A DNA stretch of 64,000 bases from Octopus sinensis (lineage: Eukaryota). Below, in pieces: positions 50,575 through 63,705 of the stretch (positions are counted from its first letter, which is position 1; each line of letters starts with the position of its first letter). A model generated the notes under the pieces. That model was given only the letters and a program-made list of their open reading frames with translations. It was not told the origin of the DNA and made no database searches. The stretch lies in contig NC_043005.1 of NCBI RefSeq assembly GCF_006345805.1, positions 5,022,001-5,086,000 of the forward strand. The letters are read 5' to 3'. A program made the translations under genes and the position numbers.

Positions 50575-50626
50575 ACCGGAAGTGAAGTTCAACTTTATGC
50601 TGGCTTCCGGCGACCACCAGCATGCG
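50575..50626. promoter_or_regulatory. Possible promoter: paired ETS-type motifs in a small CpG patch
   Basis: ACCGGAAGTG (50575-84), inverted CTTCCGG (50604-10) and GCATGCG, in unique sequence. Confidence 0.3.
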
Positions 50627-51211
50627 TGTCAGAAGATCAAATTGTCTATAAAAAAAAGAAATCATCTCAATATATTGAAAGATATTTATAGCACTTAGTT
50701 ATTGTATTTTTCTTTTATGGTTAACTCCTGGATAAGTTTTTCATGACAGAATTCATCCGTCACTAAGAAATTGCCAGAGGTTTTGTCAAATATTGAATTG
50801 TTTATAAAAACAATAAAACAGGATGTTATTTTGTATCAAAACACATGCAAAAACACACATACATACATACATGCATGCAGGCACTACATACATACACACA
50901 CACACACACATATATATACACACACACACACACATGCATACATACACGCATTCATACATATATACAAACATATGTGCATATATACACACATACACTCATA
51001 CATGCATACACATATACATACACACACATGCACATATTCATACATATGTACAAACATATGTATATACACATATATGTACATATATGCATGCATACCCACA
51101 TACATGCATGTATCTGGGTGTGGGGGTTTGTGCTTGGAGAAAACTACGAATTGCTCCAAATAACCTTAATGTCTTCACCTTCCAGTAATTTCACTCTGAG
51201 ATCCGGGTACA

Positions 51212-51243
<32 letters not shown>

Positions 51244-51684
51244 ACACAACAAATTGTCAGGTCGTCAGAGTACTTATTACGCTTGGTATACTGTTATAAT
51301 CTAAGTTGGAATGGGTGAGGAAGCAAGCAGCTAGTCTGATGAAGTACATCCCTTTTTTTCTCATTCTAAACTCAAACACACGTGGTATGATTTAAACAGA
51401 GCATGGCATGCTAACGAATCACACGTCAATTTTACTATGCTCATTTAGTTGACTGCACAATGTTGCTGTACTTGATTATATTTACAGTCTAGCAAAAATT
51501 GTCTTGCTGTGGTTATTATTGTGTTCCTGTCATAAATGCAATGCTGGGATTTGAACCACTGATTCTTCAGTAAGTAGGATGGCAAACTACTGCTTCAACC
51601 TACTTTGTGATTGATTGGCTTAATTGTAGTGTTCAGAAACTGGTAAACAGCAGATACAAGAAGAGTGAAATCGTGGCGATGGTT

Positions 51685-51900
51685 ATCATCATCGTTTAAC
51701 ATCCGCTTTCCATGCTAGCATGGGTTGGACGATTGACTGAGGACTGGCCAACCAACTGGCTGCACCAGGCCTCAATCTTGATTTGGCAGAGTTTCTACAG
51801 CTGGATGTCATTCCTAACGCCAACCACTCCGAGAGTGTAGTGGGTACTTTTACGTGCCACTGGCACGGGGCCAGTCAGGCGGTACTGGCAACGATGGTGT
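51685..51900 (-). mobile_element. RTE tail fragment
   Basis: ATCATCATCGTTTAACATCCGCTTTCCATGCTAGCATGGG... Confidence 0.85.
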
Positions 51901-52149
51901 TGGAGCAATTAACCCCAAGTACAGGTGTGAAAGGGCACAGAAAATATCTCTGGCTAATCACACTAATTAAAGTGGTGGCAATGTTTGTGTGTGTGTGCAT
52001 GTGCGTGTGTGTATGGTATGTGTGTGTGTATATATATATATTGTCACACCAATATTTGCAACACTAGTAATGGGATACCTAGAATAAAAAATCTACACCA
52101 TATCCAGAATTTTTTTTGACCACTTTCAAACCTCCCTTATAAGAAACTG

Positions 52150-53335
52150 GAAAAGATTCTTAGATGATTGCTTTATATTTTGGAACTGAAATAAGGAGGA
52201 CCTTACAAAATTTCTTAAATTGATAAACAACGTTCATGATTCAATCCAATTCACTGTGGAAATGAATGTAAAGGAACTCCCCTTTTTGGACATCTTGATG
52301 ATTAAAGAAAATGAGACAGTTACAGCTGACCTTTACTACAAGAACACAGACACACACCAATATTTGGATTTTAGATCTTGCCACCCTTCCCATACAAAAA
52401 GGGACACCATTTAATATGGCAAGGCGCATATGCTTGATAGTCACAGAAACGGTTAGACAAGAGAAATGACTGGCAAAACTTAATAAATTCCTTCAGAAAC
52501 AAAAATATCCCAACAAGTTAATTCAACATGCCATAACAAAAGCAAAGGAAATCCTGATCTCTACCCTATGGAGAAACACTCAGGCTAGGTGTGAAAATAC
52601 AAATACAAATATTCCATTTGTAGTCATCCACTACCTTAGAAACTACAACATCCTGCACTCAGCCAAGCGATACCTCCCAATTCTACATCAATCACCAAAT
52701 CTCCAATGAATAATTAAAAAATCACAAATTATCAACAGTTGAAGACAACCACCTGACCCAAAGAGACTCCTAACAAAGGTGAGATTCACATTTGAAAAAG
52801 AAACAATGCAAGTAACCAACTGTGGAGACCCCTGTTGTGGGACAATGGAATTAATTGAGCAAGGGACAACCAAAAGACTCAAGAATGGGAAGGAATTAAA
52901 AGTGAATGCAAACATGAATTGCAAAACAAAAGACTTCATCTGCTGCATCACATACCCACAATGCAATGAAAACTACATTGGGGAGACTGGAGGGGAAACT
53001 GACCAAAAATGTATAAACAACAAATTAGGGATTCATCTTTTAGGAATGTCCCATGCAGTGAACATCTAGATATCTGTGCAAATGGAAAATTTATTTGCCA
53101 GCCTCCCCTGGCACGTAAAAAGCACCCACTACACTCTGGCGCAGCCTCCTGGCTTCCCAGACCCCAGTCGAACCGTCCAACCCATGCCAGCATGGGAAAC
53201 GGACGTTAAACGATGATGATAATGATGATCCCCATTTTTACAAAATAAACAATGAAAATGTATAGTTACGAAAGGCAAAAGAAGAATACTTTATAAGAAT
53301 TCTAAATCTGAAATTAAACCGAAAATAGCCAACAC
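52150..53335 (+). mobile_element. Decayed Penelope-like element (RT thumb plus GIY-YIG) interrupted by an RTE tail (53101-53228)
   Basis: IQFTVE..ELPFLDI...LYYKNTDTHQYLDFRSCHPSH; CKTKDFICCITYPQCNENYIGETG; after the insert, ...YKIN...RKAKEEYFI. Confidence 0.85.
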
Positions 53336-53942
53336 TCCACATAATAAACAATGGTAAAAGAATATTTATGACCAAAACCAACAGTGCAAAAATAAACTGG
53401 AAATAATACTACCATTGCCACAAAACTAACAACTTCCTCTTTAAGAGCACATGTGTTTGAAAAGGCTTAATGAAAGCACACACACACTAGAAAAGAACTT
53501 CTTCCCAGAAAAGGTTAGTAACATCCTCATAAAAGATTTCATAACATTAAAAAAAAAAATTTTTTTTTTAAATCACATTTACATTTCAAAAGCGGTAATA
53601 AGTAATTCTCATAGACTTTCAAATATATATATGTGTGTGTGTGAGAGAGAAAAAAATAAGTTCAAGTAGAACAATTCAAACTTTTTGAGGAGTCCAAAAA
53701 GAGAGAAAATAATTTCTAATTAAAAATTCATCATTTTCAGAAATATCTTGCTAGAGCAGGCAATAAGAATATGAAAATAACGAGTGAAAAGTTTGTTATA
53801 GGTATAAAACACCATAAACAATTATAAAATGGAGAAGAGATGTTAAAAGATCAAAATTGGATTTAATATGCACATACGAATGTTTCAAAGGGCAATACAA
53901 ATATGTAAGAAAAAATTATAATAATAATTATAATTAAAGTTA

Positions 53943-55777
53943 TACTGAATGAGCAATTCAAGAGTGTTTTCACTCCACCCCTCAGGCATTTCCAAATCAC
54001 CAATCCAACTGACTTCTTTACCACTGCAGATATAAAATCAGAGGTGGCGACGATAAATTACATCGATATAAAGGAAGACGATGTAATAAAGGCCATAGAT
54101 GAAATGAAAACAGAATCAGCTATTGGCCCCGATGGATTCCCGGCAATCCTCCTAAAAGTATGTAAAAGAGTCCTAGCAAGACCACTGCAGATCCTCTTTC
54201 AGAGCTTCCTAGCAGCTGGCAAACTTCCAAAAAAACTGAAGGAAGGTAAAATATGCCCTATTCATAAAGGTGGTAGCAGAGCAGAGGCCAAGAACTACAG
54301 ACCTATCTCTCTCACCTCACACATCAGCAAGGTCATGGAACGAATAGTCAGAAGGAAACTAATCACCTTCCTTGAAGAAAATGACTTGCTGCCTGACACC
54401 CAACATGGTTTCCGACCAGGAAGAAGCTGTTTAACTCAGCTCCTACAACACTATGACTGGGTGCTGAAACAACTGCTCAACCACTCAAATGTGGAAGTCA
54501 TATATCTCGACTTTGCAAAGGCCTTTGATAAAGTCAATCATGGAATGATATGTCACAAACTGCGTGATCTTGGCATAGTTGGAAAATTGGGAGAATGGCT
54601 TCATGACTTTCTGAAGAATAGAAGTCAGGTGGTAGCAGCCAATGGGGCCACTTCCATTAACACACAAATAGTGAGCGGTGTTCCGCAGGGCACTGTTTTG
54701 GGACCACTACTGTTCATAATAGCCCTCTCAGACATGCCCTCAGACACGCAGAGAGCCACGATCACAAGTTATGCAGATGATACAAAAGTTTCACAGGCAA
54801 TACAGAACCCTGAAGACACTAAGCACCTGCAATGTGAGCTGGACGAAATATACAAGTGGGCTGAAAAGAATAGCATGCAGTTCAATGCTGAAAAGTTTCA
54901 AGCTTTATACTATCAGCATGCAAAACTAAATGCAATACCCAATGAATACACTGGACCCGGAGGAATAGCAATCCCAGAGGCACAATCAGTGCGTGACCTG
55001 GGTATTTACATGAGCGATGACGCAACCTTTCGTGTTCATGTTGCTAAATTGGCAATGAAATGTAGATGACTGGCCGGATGGATTCTCAGAACCTTTAGAA
55101 CAAGAGAACAAGAAACCATGATGGTCCTCTGGAGGACACTTGTCCTAAGCCACTTTGACTATTGCTCTCAGTTATGGTCACCATCCAGTGTCAAGTTGAT
55201 CACAGAGCTCGAGGCGATCCAGCGTAGCTACACGAAGAAGATAGCCTCTATGCAGAATGTAAGCTTCTGGGAAAGACTCAAGAGATTAAAACTATATTCC
55301 TTGGAGCGTAGGCGGGAAAGATATGCCATAATATACATCTGGAAGATTCTGGAGGGACGTGTCCCAAACTTTGGCATCGAGAGTTACACAAATGCCAGAA
55401 CTGGGCGCCACTGCGTGGTGCCTAGGACTCCAAATTTGCCATCAAGATGTAGGACAAGATACTGTGATAGCCTGGGCTTCCGTGGCCCACAGCTCTTCAA
55501 TATCCTCCCGAAGAACCTGAGAGACCTGCATGGGGTGGATGCAGATGTCTTTAAAATGGAACTGGATCTCTTCCTGTCAGGTGTCCCAGATGAACCAACT
55601 TCACGGCAGGAGGTGCAGATGAGGGCAGCTGCATTGAACTCTCTCATGCACCAAATGGCAGTTGCTAAAAAGCTTTCGTGAAGTAAAACCAAGTAGCAAC
55701 ACCAAATGGCGGTGCCCCAGCATGGCCACAGCTCATGAGCTGAAACTAGAATCAATTAATCAATCAATCAATCAATT
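53943..55777 (+). mobile_element. 5'-truncated CR1-like LINE; RT frame open except one in-frame TGA
   Basis: GPDG, NYRPISLTS, QHGFRPGRSC, LDFAKAFDKV, GVPQGTVLGPLLF and YADD motifs. TGA at 55067-69, same frame resumes to 55681. 3' stem-loop and (ATCA)n tail. Confidence 0.97.
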
Positions 55778-56051
55778 GTCATTCTCGTCAATGTGAAGAA
55801 TTTAAGGAAAAAACATAAAAAAAGTTATAAATAAAAATCAAGAAGGAAAACAAATGTGGTAATACGGAGGATTTAACCGGATATTTACAAATAAGTTGTA
55901 AAAAGGGAAAATTAAGAGAAATGAAGAAGGACATCAATGTGTATGCAAGTCTATTTGTGCAAAAAAAAATCTATAAACTAATTTAGATAATGGATATATT
56001 TAAAAGTAAGTAGGAAAATATGCATATATGCACACACACATATATCACCAC

Positions 56052-56970
56052 CATCATCATCATTTAATGTCTGTTGTCCATGCTAGCATGGGTTGGACAG
56101 TTTGACTAGGGCTGGTAAGCTGAGGGGCTTCACTAGGCTCCAGTTTGATTTGGCGTGATTTCTATGGTTGGGTGCCCTTCCTAATGCCAACCACTCTGAG
56201 AGTGTAATGAGTGCTTTTACGTGTCACCAGCATGGGTACCAATCACAACTATGATTTCATTTGGTTTCTCAAGTACAGCATATTGCCAAAGGTCTCGGTC
56301 ACTTGCCATTGCCTCCGTGAGTCCCAATGCTCCAAAGGTACTTTTTACATGCCACCTGTATGACTGCTAGTTACATGACACCAACATTGGCCACATTGCC
56401 TCTGTAAAGTGCAACACTCGAAAGGTGCTTTTTACATGCCACCAGCATGGGTGCCAGTTACATGCTATAAGCATTGGTCATGACTACGATTTCACTTGGC
56501 TTGAAAGGTCTTCTCAAGCATAGCATATCACCAAAGCTCTCAGTCACTAGTCATTGCCTCTGTGAGGCCCAGCATTCAAAGACCATGTTTCACCACCTTG
56601 TCCCATGTCTTCCTGGGTCTATCTCTACTACAGGTTCTCTCTACAGGTAGAGATGGGCACCTCTTTACACAACTGTCCTCATTCATACACATCATGTGAC
56701 CCTACCAGTGCAGTCATCTCTCTTGCACACCACATCTGATGCCTCTTATGCCCAACTTTTCTCTCAAGATGCTAACACTCTGTCAGCATCCACCAAAGCA
56801 TACTATCTTCATTTCTTTCAAGCCTACGCATGTCCTCTTTGGTCACAGCCCATGTTATACTGCTGTGTGGCATGGCTGTTTGCACACAGGCATCATACAG
56901 TCTACCTTTCACTCAGAGGGGAGGCCTTTGTTGCCAACAGAGGTAGGAGCTGCCTGAACTTTGCCCAGCT
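56052..56970 (-). mobile_element. Decayed RTE LINE 3' portion
   Basis: RT C-terminal remnant (LREKLGIRGIRCGVQER-like) plus the duplicated stop-region 3' UTR and (GAT)n. Confidence 0.85.
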
Positions 56971-57759
56971 TTTTATCTATAGCTTTATCTAAGGCAGCAA
57001 GTTGGCAGAATCCTTAGCATGCTGGACAAAATGTTTAGTGGAATTTCATCTGTCTCTACATTCTGAGTTCAAAATCTATTTTGCCCGTCATCCTTTCAGG
57101 CTTGATGAAGTAAATACTAGTTGAGTGCAGGAATTGATGTAATCAACTCGGGCCCTCCCCTAAAAATAATTTCAGGTACTGTGCCTATAGTAGAAAGGAC
57201 TATTTATAGCTTTATCTACTTTGAGTGAGACCATTAAAAAATCATTTACTTTACATCCCAAAGTTTCTAAATTCTTATAATGTAAAAGTAGTTTAATGAT
57301 TTTAGTGATTGCCACATTAATCAATACTTGGTTAAGAAACAAAAGACCAGTTGAGATGTCAAGAGGCTGTTTTAGCTGGTTCTTACTTGAAATTGTTTGG
57401 CCACAACAAAGTTGATGAGAATAAAAAGACTGCACAGAAATGGTGAAATGGTGACAAAACAACAAATTGACATTTAGTTTTGTTGTTGTTTAGCGTCAAG
57501 TGTCTCTTGCTTGAGGTATAGTTTATCTCTTACTTGTTTCAGTCATTGGATTGCAACCATGCTGAGGCACCACCTTGAGGGGTTTTAGTGAAACAAATTG
57601 ACCCTAATACTTATTCTATTCGTTTCATTTTCAGAACCACTTAGTTACAGGGGTGTAAACAAACCAACACCAGTTGTTAAGTGGTAGATGGACAATCACA
57701 AGCACAAAGACACACACATGTTTTGAAATGTTTTAAGTGAGGAAAGTCTTATCTTCTCA

Positions 57760-57892
57760 GTTCATTTACAGGGCTTAGAAAAGCTGAAAGACTGCTGCAA
57801 TAAGTGCTTGAATCTGAGGGGGGAATATGTTGAATACAATCATAATTAACTGATCCTCCTGTATTTTCCTCTACCAGAATAAGAGTAAAAGA

Positions 57893-57934
<42 letters not shown>

Positions 57935-57999
57935 AGGGGTGCTGGAAAGTTCCTGCCTTTAGGTAAAGGAAAATACAGGAGGAACTTTCCAGCACCCCT

Positions 58000-58047
<48 letters not shown>

Positions 58048-58064
58048 TCTTTTACTCTTATTCT
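57760..58064. other. mariner 3' end rearranged by a local duplication-inversion-duplication
   Basis: GLEKLKDCCNKCLNLRGEYVE C-terminus, then segment A (57854-75), inverted B+spacer+A (57876-57983), and forward B (57981-58064). Confidence 0.85.
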
Positions 58065-58169
58065 GTTACATGTTTCAGCCTAAAGGCTGTGCCCATTATA
58101 CATACATACATTTATACATAGTGACAAGGAGAAGAGAGAAATAGAGAACCATGCACATACAGAAGAATC

Positions 58170-58182
58170 TAGACGGGTACAC

Positions 58183-58227
<45 letters not shown>

Positions 58228-58262
58228 TAGAGAGAGAGCTATAGATAAGTAGATAGATAGAC
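58170..58262. repeat. (GATA)n microsatellite
   Basis: Direct reading of the sequence. Confidence 0.9.
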
Positions 58263-59924
58263 ATAGTTCAATAGATGGTGCAGAACTAATATGCAGACAA
58301 AGGGATAGGCTTTGAGATTTTTATACAAATAATCAGACAGGCTGATGGTTAGATAATGTAAGCACAGTGTATTTTCACTGCAATAAGCAATCATTTTCAA
58401 TTTAGACAGACAGTTACGTTTGTGCATGATTTCTCACAAATATTTATTGGATACACCGGAAGTTGCAGTGTGGGGACAGCCACAACCTCTTGGCTCCTGA
58501 ACCTTATCTCACTGTTTTCTAAATAGCCCCTAGGAAATTGATGTCATGAACCAAACAGTCAGGTCATAATGTACTGAAATCCATTTATCACGAGAAAGAG
58601 AGGAGCAATGGATGGAGTAGGGTCTGGAGGAAGAGGAAAGGAGATCAAATCTTGTTTACAGCTACATCTTTACCCCATTAACTGTTATGAAGATGGTATG
58701 AGAGGGAGTGGGTATCTTCACATTGATGTAGAATAATTGATTTTGTTGTTTTCAAATCAGGGCTGAACTTTGAATCAGGTGTTCCAGTCACAGCCACCCC
58801 TGTCTGTTTTTATTTTATTGTATTTTTCAAGGAAGAATGTCTTGAATTTTCTTATCAATTGTGTTCTCACAGTGTTCTTTTAGTTGTTTCAATCATTGGA
58901 CTATGGCCATGCTGTGGCATTGATCTGAAGGGTTTTGTTGATCAACTCAATCTCCAGTCCTTAACTTTGCTTTTAAGTCTGATACTTATTGTATTGAATT
59001 TCTGTTTTGACAAAGTAAGGCATGGGGACATAAACAAACCAATACCAGTTGTCAAACAGTGAGAGACAGCATTCAGACACATGTACATACAGATATGTTG
59101 GTGTTCATGTGTGTTTATATATATATATATATATTTTCATTTAGAGATGAAGGGGCCTACTATATCTAAATGAAAAAATATATATTTCCTCATTGAGAAT
59201 AATTTTTCAAATTTTTTTTTGATGCCGGAATTTTTATTCCCTAACAAATAAAATTAAATATATATATATATAGAGAGAGAGAGAACATAAGGTCGAGAGA
59301 TGTGAGAAGTGAACATACATTTATTTTTTCCATGTGACTTCCTTATGGTTACAGCTGTTTCATAATCTTCTTGTAGTATTATTAATTTCAGTATGTAAAA
59401 TTATATCAACTCTGCCTTTCATCCCTTTGGGGTTGATAAAATAAGTACCAGTTAAGTACAGGGGTCAATGTGTTCATGTAAAACTGGGATGTATACGTAA
59501 TTAATTAATGTACTTACATGTTTGTGATGTGTACTTAATCGGATATAGTCCAACACTCTACATGAGTAGCACTTACTCAGGTATAGTCCAATGCTTTGTC
59601 AGTGTGGTGAGTGTGTTTACATGTGTTGTGTGAGTGACAGAGGTGACACAGTCGAAACACATCTTTTCATTATTATTGTTATTATCATTATTATTAGTTA
59701 AGGTGGTGAGCTGGCAGAATTGTTAGCATGCTAGGCAAAATGCTTAGTGACATTTCATCCGTCTTTATGTTCTGAGTTCAAATTCTGGCAAGGTCAACTT
59801 TGCCTTTCATCCTTTTATGGGGTTGACAAAATAAGTACCAGTTGAGTGCTAAGGTTGATGTAATTGACTTACTCCACCCCCAAAATTGCTGGCTTTGGGC
59901 CTATAGTAGAAAGGATTATCATTA

Positions 59925-60830
59925 TTATATGTTTGACTTTTGCTCCAAGTCTCACCCAGAGACCTGAAGAAACAAGTTAGAAGTTCAAGTTGGTATTGTG
60001 CCTAGGGTGTCATATATTTGGTTTTGCACATAGTATTGTTCTAGAGGTTCCACATTTTGCCAATTTATATTTCAAGATCTTTATACTTGCTCAGTTTTTG
60101 GCAGGTCTTGACAGATACATTTATTTCAATTGGGACAGTCATATCAATGAGGAGGCATGATTTTTGTCTGAAGTCTTTCAATAGGATGTCTGGCCTATTT
60201 GCATCTATCTTTCTGTCAGTTGGAATAGTGAATTTCCAGAGGAGTGAGATGCGATCATTTTCAAGCACTGGGGGTGGATTGTGTTCCCACCAGTTTTTAT
60301 CATGGGGCAGGTCTAGGTTTTTGCAAATTACCCAGTGAATATATACTGTGCTGCCCTATCATGCCTGTTGAGATACTCTTTAGGCACAGGAAGACTGCAC
60401 ATGGAGACAACATGATCAATGGTTTCATTTTGTTGTTGACATACACATGTTGGGCTACTGCTGTTCTTTAATATGTTGGCCTGGTAGTTCCTTGCAGATA
60501 GGTATTGATCTTGGGTTGCTATGATAAACCCTTCTGTTTTCTGATTTTAAGCCAGGAGACACTAATCATTAATGGGTAAGGGCTTTATCAACATTGGTAC
60601 TATTAGCTCTCTTTGGGTATTTGCCATTGAGTGGTTTTTCTTGCCATTTGTCAGTAAGAATATCTGAGGCAGCAGTTTTAGCACAGGTTTTCATAAACTT
60701 AGCTTTTTCTGCGCTTGTTCCCAGTATGTCTAATTCTGGGATTTGTTCTATTTAGAATTCACTCAGATATTCCTTTGCCTGTTTTATTACTGAGTATTTC
60801 ACTGAGTACTGTTTGTTACTGAGCTTTCTT
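59925..60830 (-). mobile_element. R4/Dong-like non-LTR retrotransposon fragment (zinc-knuckle region plus RLE)
   Basis: LKSETEGFIIATQDQ...ETIDHVVS.C...YLNRHDRAAQYIHW...ENDRISLLW.FTI.TDRKIDANRPDI...LIDMTVP...KYKDLEI; flanked by (TTA)-rich runs. Confidence 0.88.
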
Positions 60831-61918
60831 GTTTTCATTATTATTATTATTTTTATTATTAAGAAGGCGATGAGCTGGCAGAATTGTTAGCATACTAGGA
60901 TGAAATAAGTACCAGTTGTGCACTGGGGTGGATGTAATTGACTTGTCCCCCTCCCTTTAATTTCAGGCTTTGTGCCTTTAGTAGAAAGGATTTTTATTTT
61001 AGGTGGTGAGCTGGCAGAATTATTAACATGTCAGGCGAAATGGTTATCAGTATTTCGCCTGCCACTACATTTTGAGTTCAAATTCTGCCATGGTTGTTAT
61101 TCTTTCGGAGTCGATAAATTAAGTACCAGTGAAACACTGGGGTCGATGTAATCAACTAGTACTCTCCCCCAAATTTCAGGCCTTGTGCTTTTAGTAGAAA
61201 GGATTATTATTATTATTATTATTATCTAAATCTTGCCAAGGTTCAGTTAACCTTCCATCCTTTCAGAGTTAATAAAATAAAGCAGCAGTCAAATACTGGG
61301 GTAAATGGCTCCTTCCCTCTAAATTTCTTGGCCTTGTATCTAAATGAGAAATGATTATTAACCCTGGCAGGGAAGATTTATGATTAGATGACATAATGAT
61401 ATAAACATTAGGTTTAAAATATGAGAACAGATATTAAAGGAATAAGACAAGCAAGGAAACTAGAAGAAACATGTATGCTGTATGGAAATTAATTTATATT
61501 TAATTACTGTTTAGTCTTGAACTGATTATTTTCTTTGTGTTTTTTTTTTAATCTTTTTTTTTTTTGTGGTTGTGAAATTTAATTGGGGTGGTTTCAGATT
61601 TCAGTGTGGGCAAGAGCTTCACACCCTCAATATACAGAATTGGTTGTTATTCATTGGTGTTGGTTTGTTTAAGTATTTGTAACTTAGCAGTTTGGCAAAA
61701 AGATATGGATGAAATGAATAGAATGAACTTAAAAATAAGCACTGGTGTAAATTTAGAATTGATTGACTAAACCTGTTATGGTAAAGTTCCAGCATGGCCA
61801 AAATCCATTGACTTAAACAAGTAAAAGAATAAAAAAAAATACACACACATACATATAATGGAAGAAGGAATATATGTGTGTGTTTATGCATGTATGTGTG
61901 TGTACACTTTTATTTTGG

Positions 61919-62231
61919 TCATCATCATCATCATCATCATTTAGCGTCCGCTTTCCATGCTAGCATGGGTTGGACGGTTCAACTGGGGTCTGTGAAGCCA
62001 GAAGGCTGCATCAGGCCCAGTCTGATCTGGCAGTGTTTCTACGGCTGAATGCCCTTCCTAACGCCAACCACTCCGTGAGTGTAGTGGGTGCTTTTTATGT
62101 GCCACCCGCATAGGTGCCAGACGGAGCTGGCAAACAGCCATGGACGGATGGTGCTTTTTACGTGCCACCGGCACGGGGGCCAGGCGAGGCTGGCAACGGT
62201 CGCGATCGGATGTTGCTTTTTATGTGCCACA
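61919..62231 (-). mobile_element. RTE LINE 3' UTR fragment (young)
   Basis: Near-identical to 46369-46675. Confidence 0.88.
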
Positions 62232-63705
62232 TAGAAATATTGTTATTTTCTACTATGGTGAGTACTCTTTCTTCTGACTACCACCTCTAAATGGATATAT
62301 ATATATAAAATCACACACACACAGCATATATATGTATGTGTATGCAAGCATACACACGTGTATATATGTGTGTATGTATTTGTGTATGAATATATATATA
62401 TATGTATGATATATACGTATATAGACATATGTACACACACATAGATTTTAGAAACGACAGTTTAGTGCAACTTAAGCTTTGTAAGTAAACAACTTCTTAC
62501 ATAATTCCATGATGTAACATTTCAATTTTAATAACATTGCTAATATTTTAAACGCACTAACTCAACACAGGGTGTGTAATTCCTATTACATTATATCCTG
62601 TTTACTGTCAACATGGTCTCTTTTTTGCACTTATTATAATTTATCCTTGTAAGGGTGACAAACTGGCAGGATCATTAGAGCATCTGACAAAACACTTTGC
62701 AGTCTTTGTTCTGGCTCTTTATGCTCTGAGTTCAAATCCTGCTGAGATCAGCTTTTAATTTTTTGAGAGTCAATAAATTAAAGTATCAGTCAAGTACTAG
62801 GATTAATGGTATCAACTATAAGCACCGAGAAGAATGTTTTGCTGCATATGTTTTGGTTCTTTAGTTTCTGAGTTCAAGTCCCACTGAGGTGACCTTTGCT
62901 TTTCATCTCTGCAGGGTTGATAAAATAAAGTACCAGTCAAGTACTGGAATTGATGCTTCCAGCTAACTCTCTTCCCCACAAAAGTTGCTGGCCTTATGCT
63001 TGCATCAGAAACCACTTGGTCAGATTGGCAGAATCATTTGATCATTGGATAAAATGTCTTGTGGAATTTGTTGTGATCCCTAACATTCTGAGTTCAGGTC
63101 TCACTGAGGTTAACCTTGCTATCTCTCCAGAGTTGATGAAATAAAATACCAGTCAAGTACCGGAAGTGATGGTATTGACAAACACCTTCCCACCAAATTT
63201 CAGGTTATGTGCCTCTACAAGAGACAATTATTATTATTATTTTTATTATCATTGAGAGTAAAATGATAAGCTTGCAAAATCTTTTGGGCATCATCTTCAA
63301 AGCAATATTTCTTCTGACTTGTGTTGTGAGTTCAACTTTTGCTGAGGTCAATTTTGCTTTTCATCCTTCAGGCTCAATAAAATATAGTACCAGTTAAGTA
63401 CTTAGTCTATGTAATCAACTGACCCTTTCATCTCAAGATTGGTGGCTTTGTGCCACAATTTGAAACCATCATTACTATTGAATATGGTGGATTGGCTGGC
63501 TTGGCATAGTGTTGAACAAAATTCCTTATGATATTTACTTACACCACTTTACATTCTGAGTTCAAGTCTCACCTTGGTCAACTTTACTTTCCATCCTTCT
63601 GGAGTCAATAACAGTACTTGGGTTGATATAATCAACTACTCCTCCTTGCAAAAATTTCTCACTGTTTATATCTAACTGCACCAACACACACACACACACA
63701 CACAA

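Larger units (their letters stand above)
59395..63660 (+). mobile_element. Dense array of about 10 co-oriented SINE family 'A' copies
   Basis: GGTGAGCTGGCAGAAT head / GAGTTCAAAT box B / TTTGCCTTTCATCC core at ~59395, 59700, 60862, 61000, 61230, 62655, 62850, 63020, 63270 and 63490, often separated by (ATT)n. Confidence 0.8.

Noticed and set aside
51255-51350. CUGACGA/CUGAUGA cores at ~51270 (-), ~51338, ~11895, ~22960 (-) and ~40530, and a lone GAAACAGCUGUA at ~59350 (-)
   Set aside because: No matching partner half with correct stems could be found. At best these are relics.
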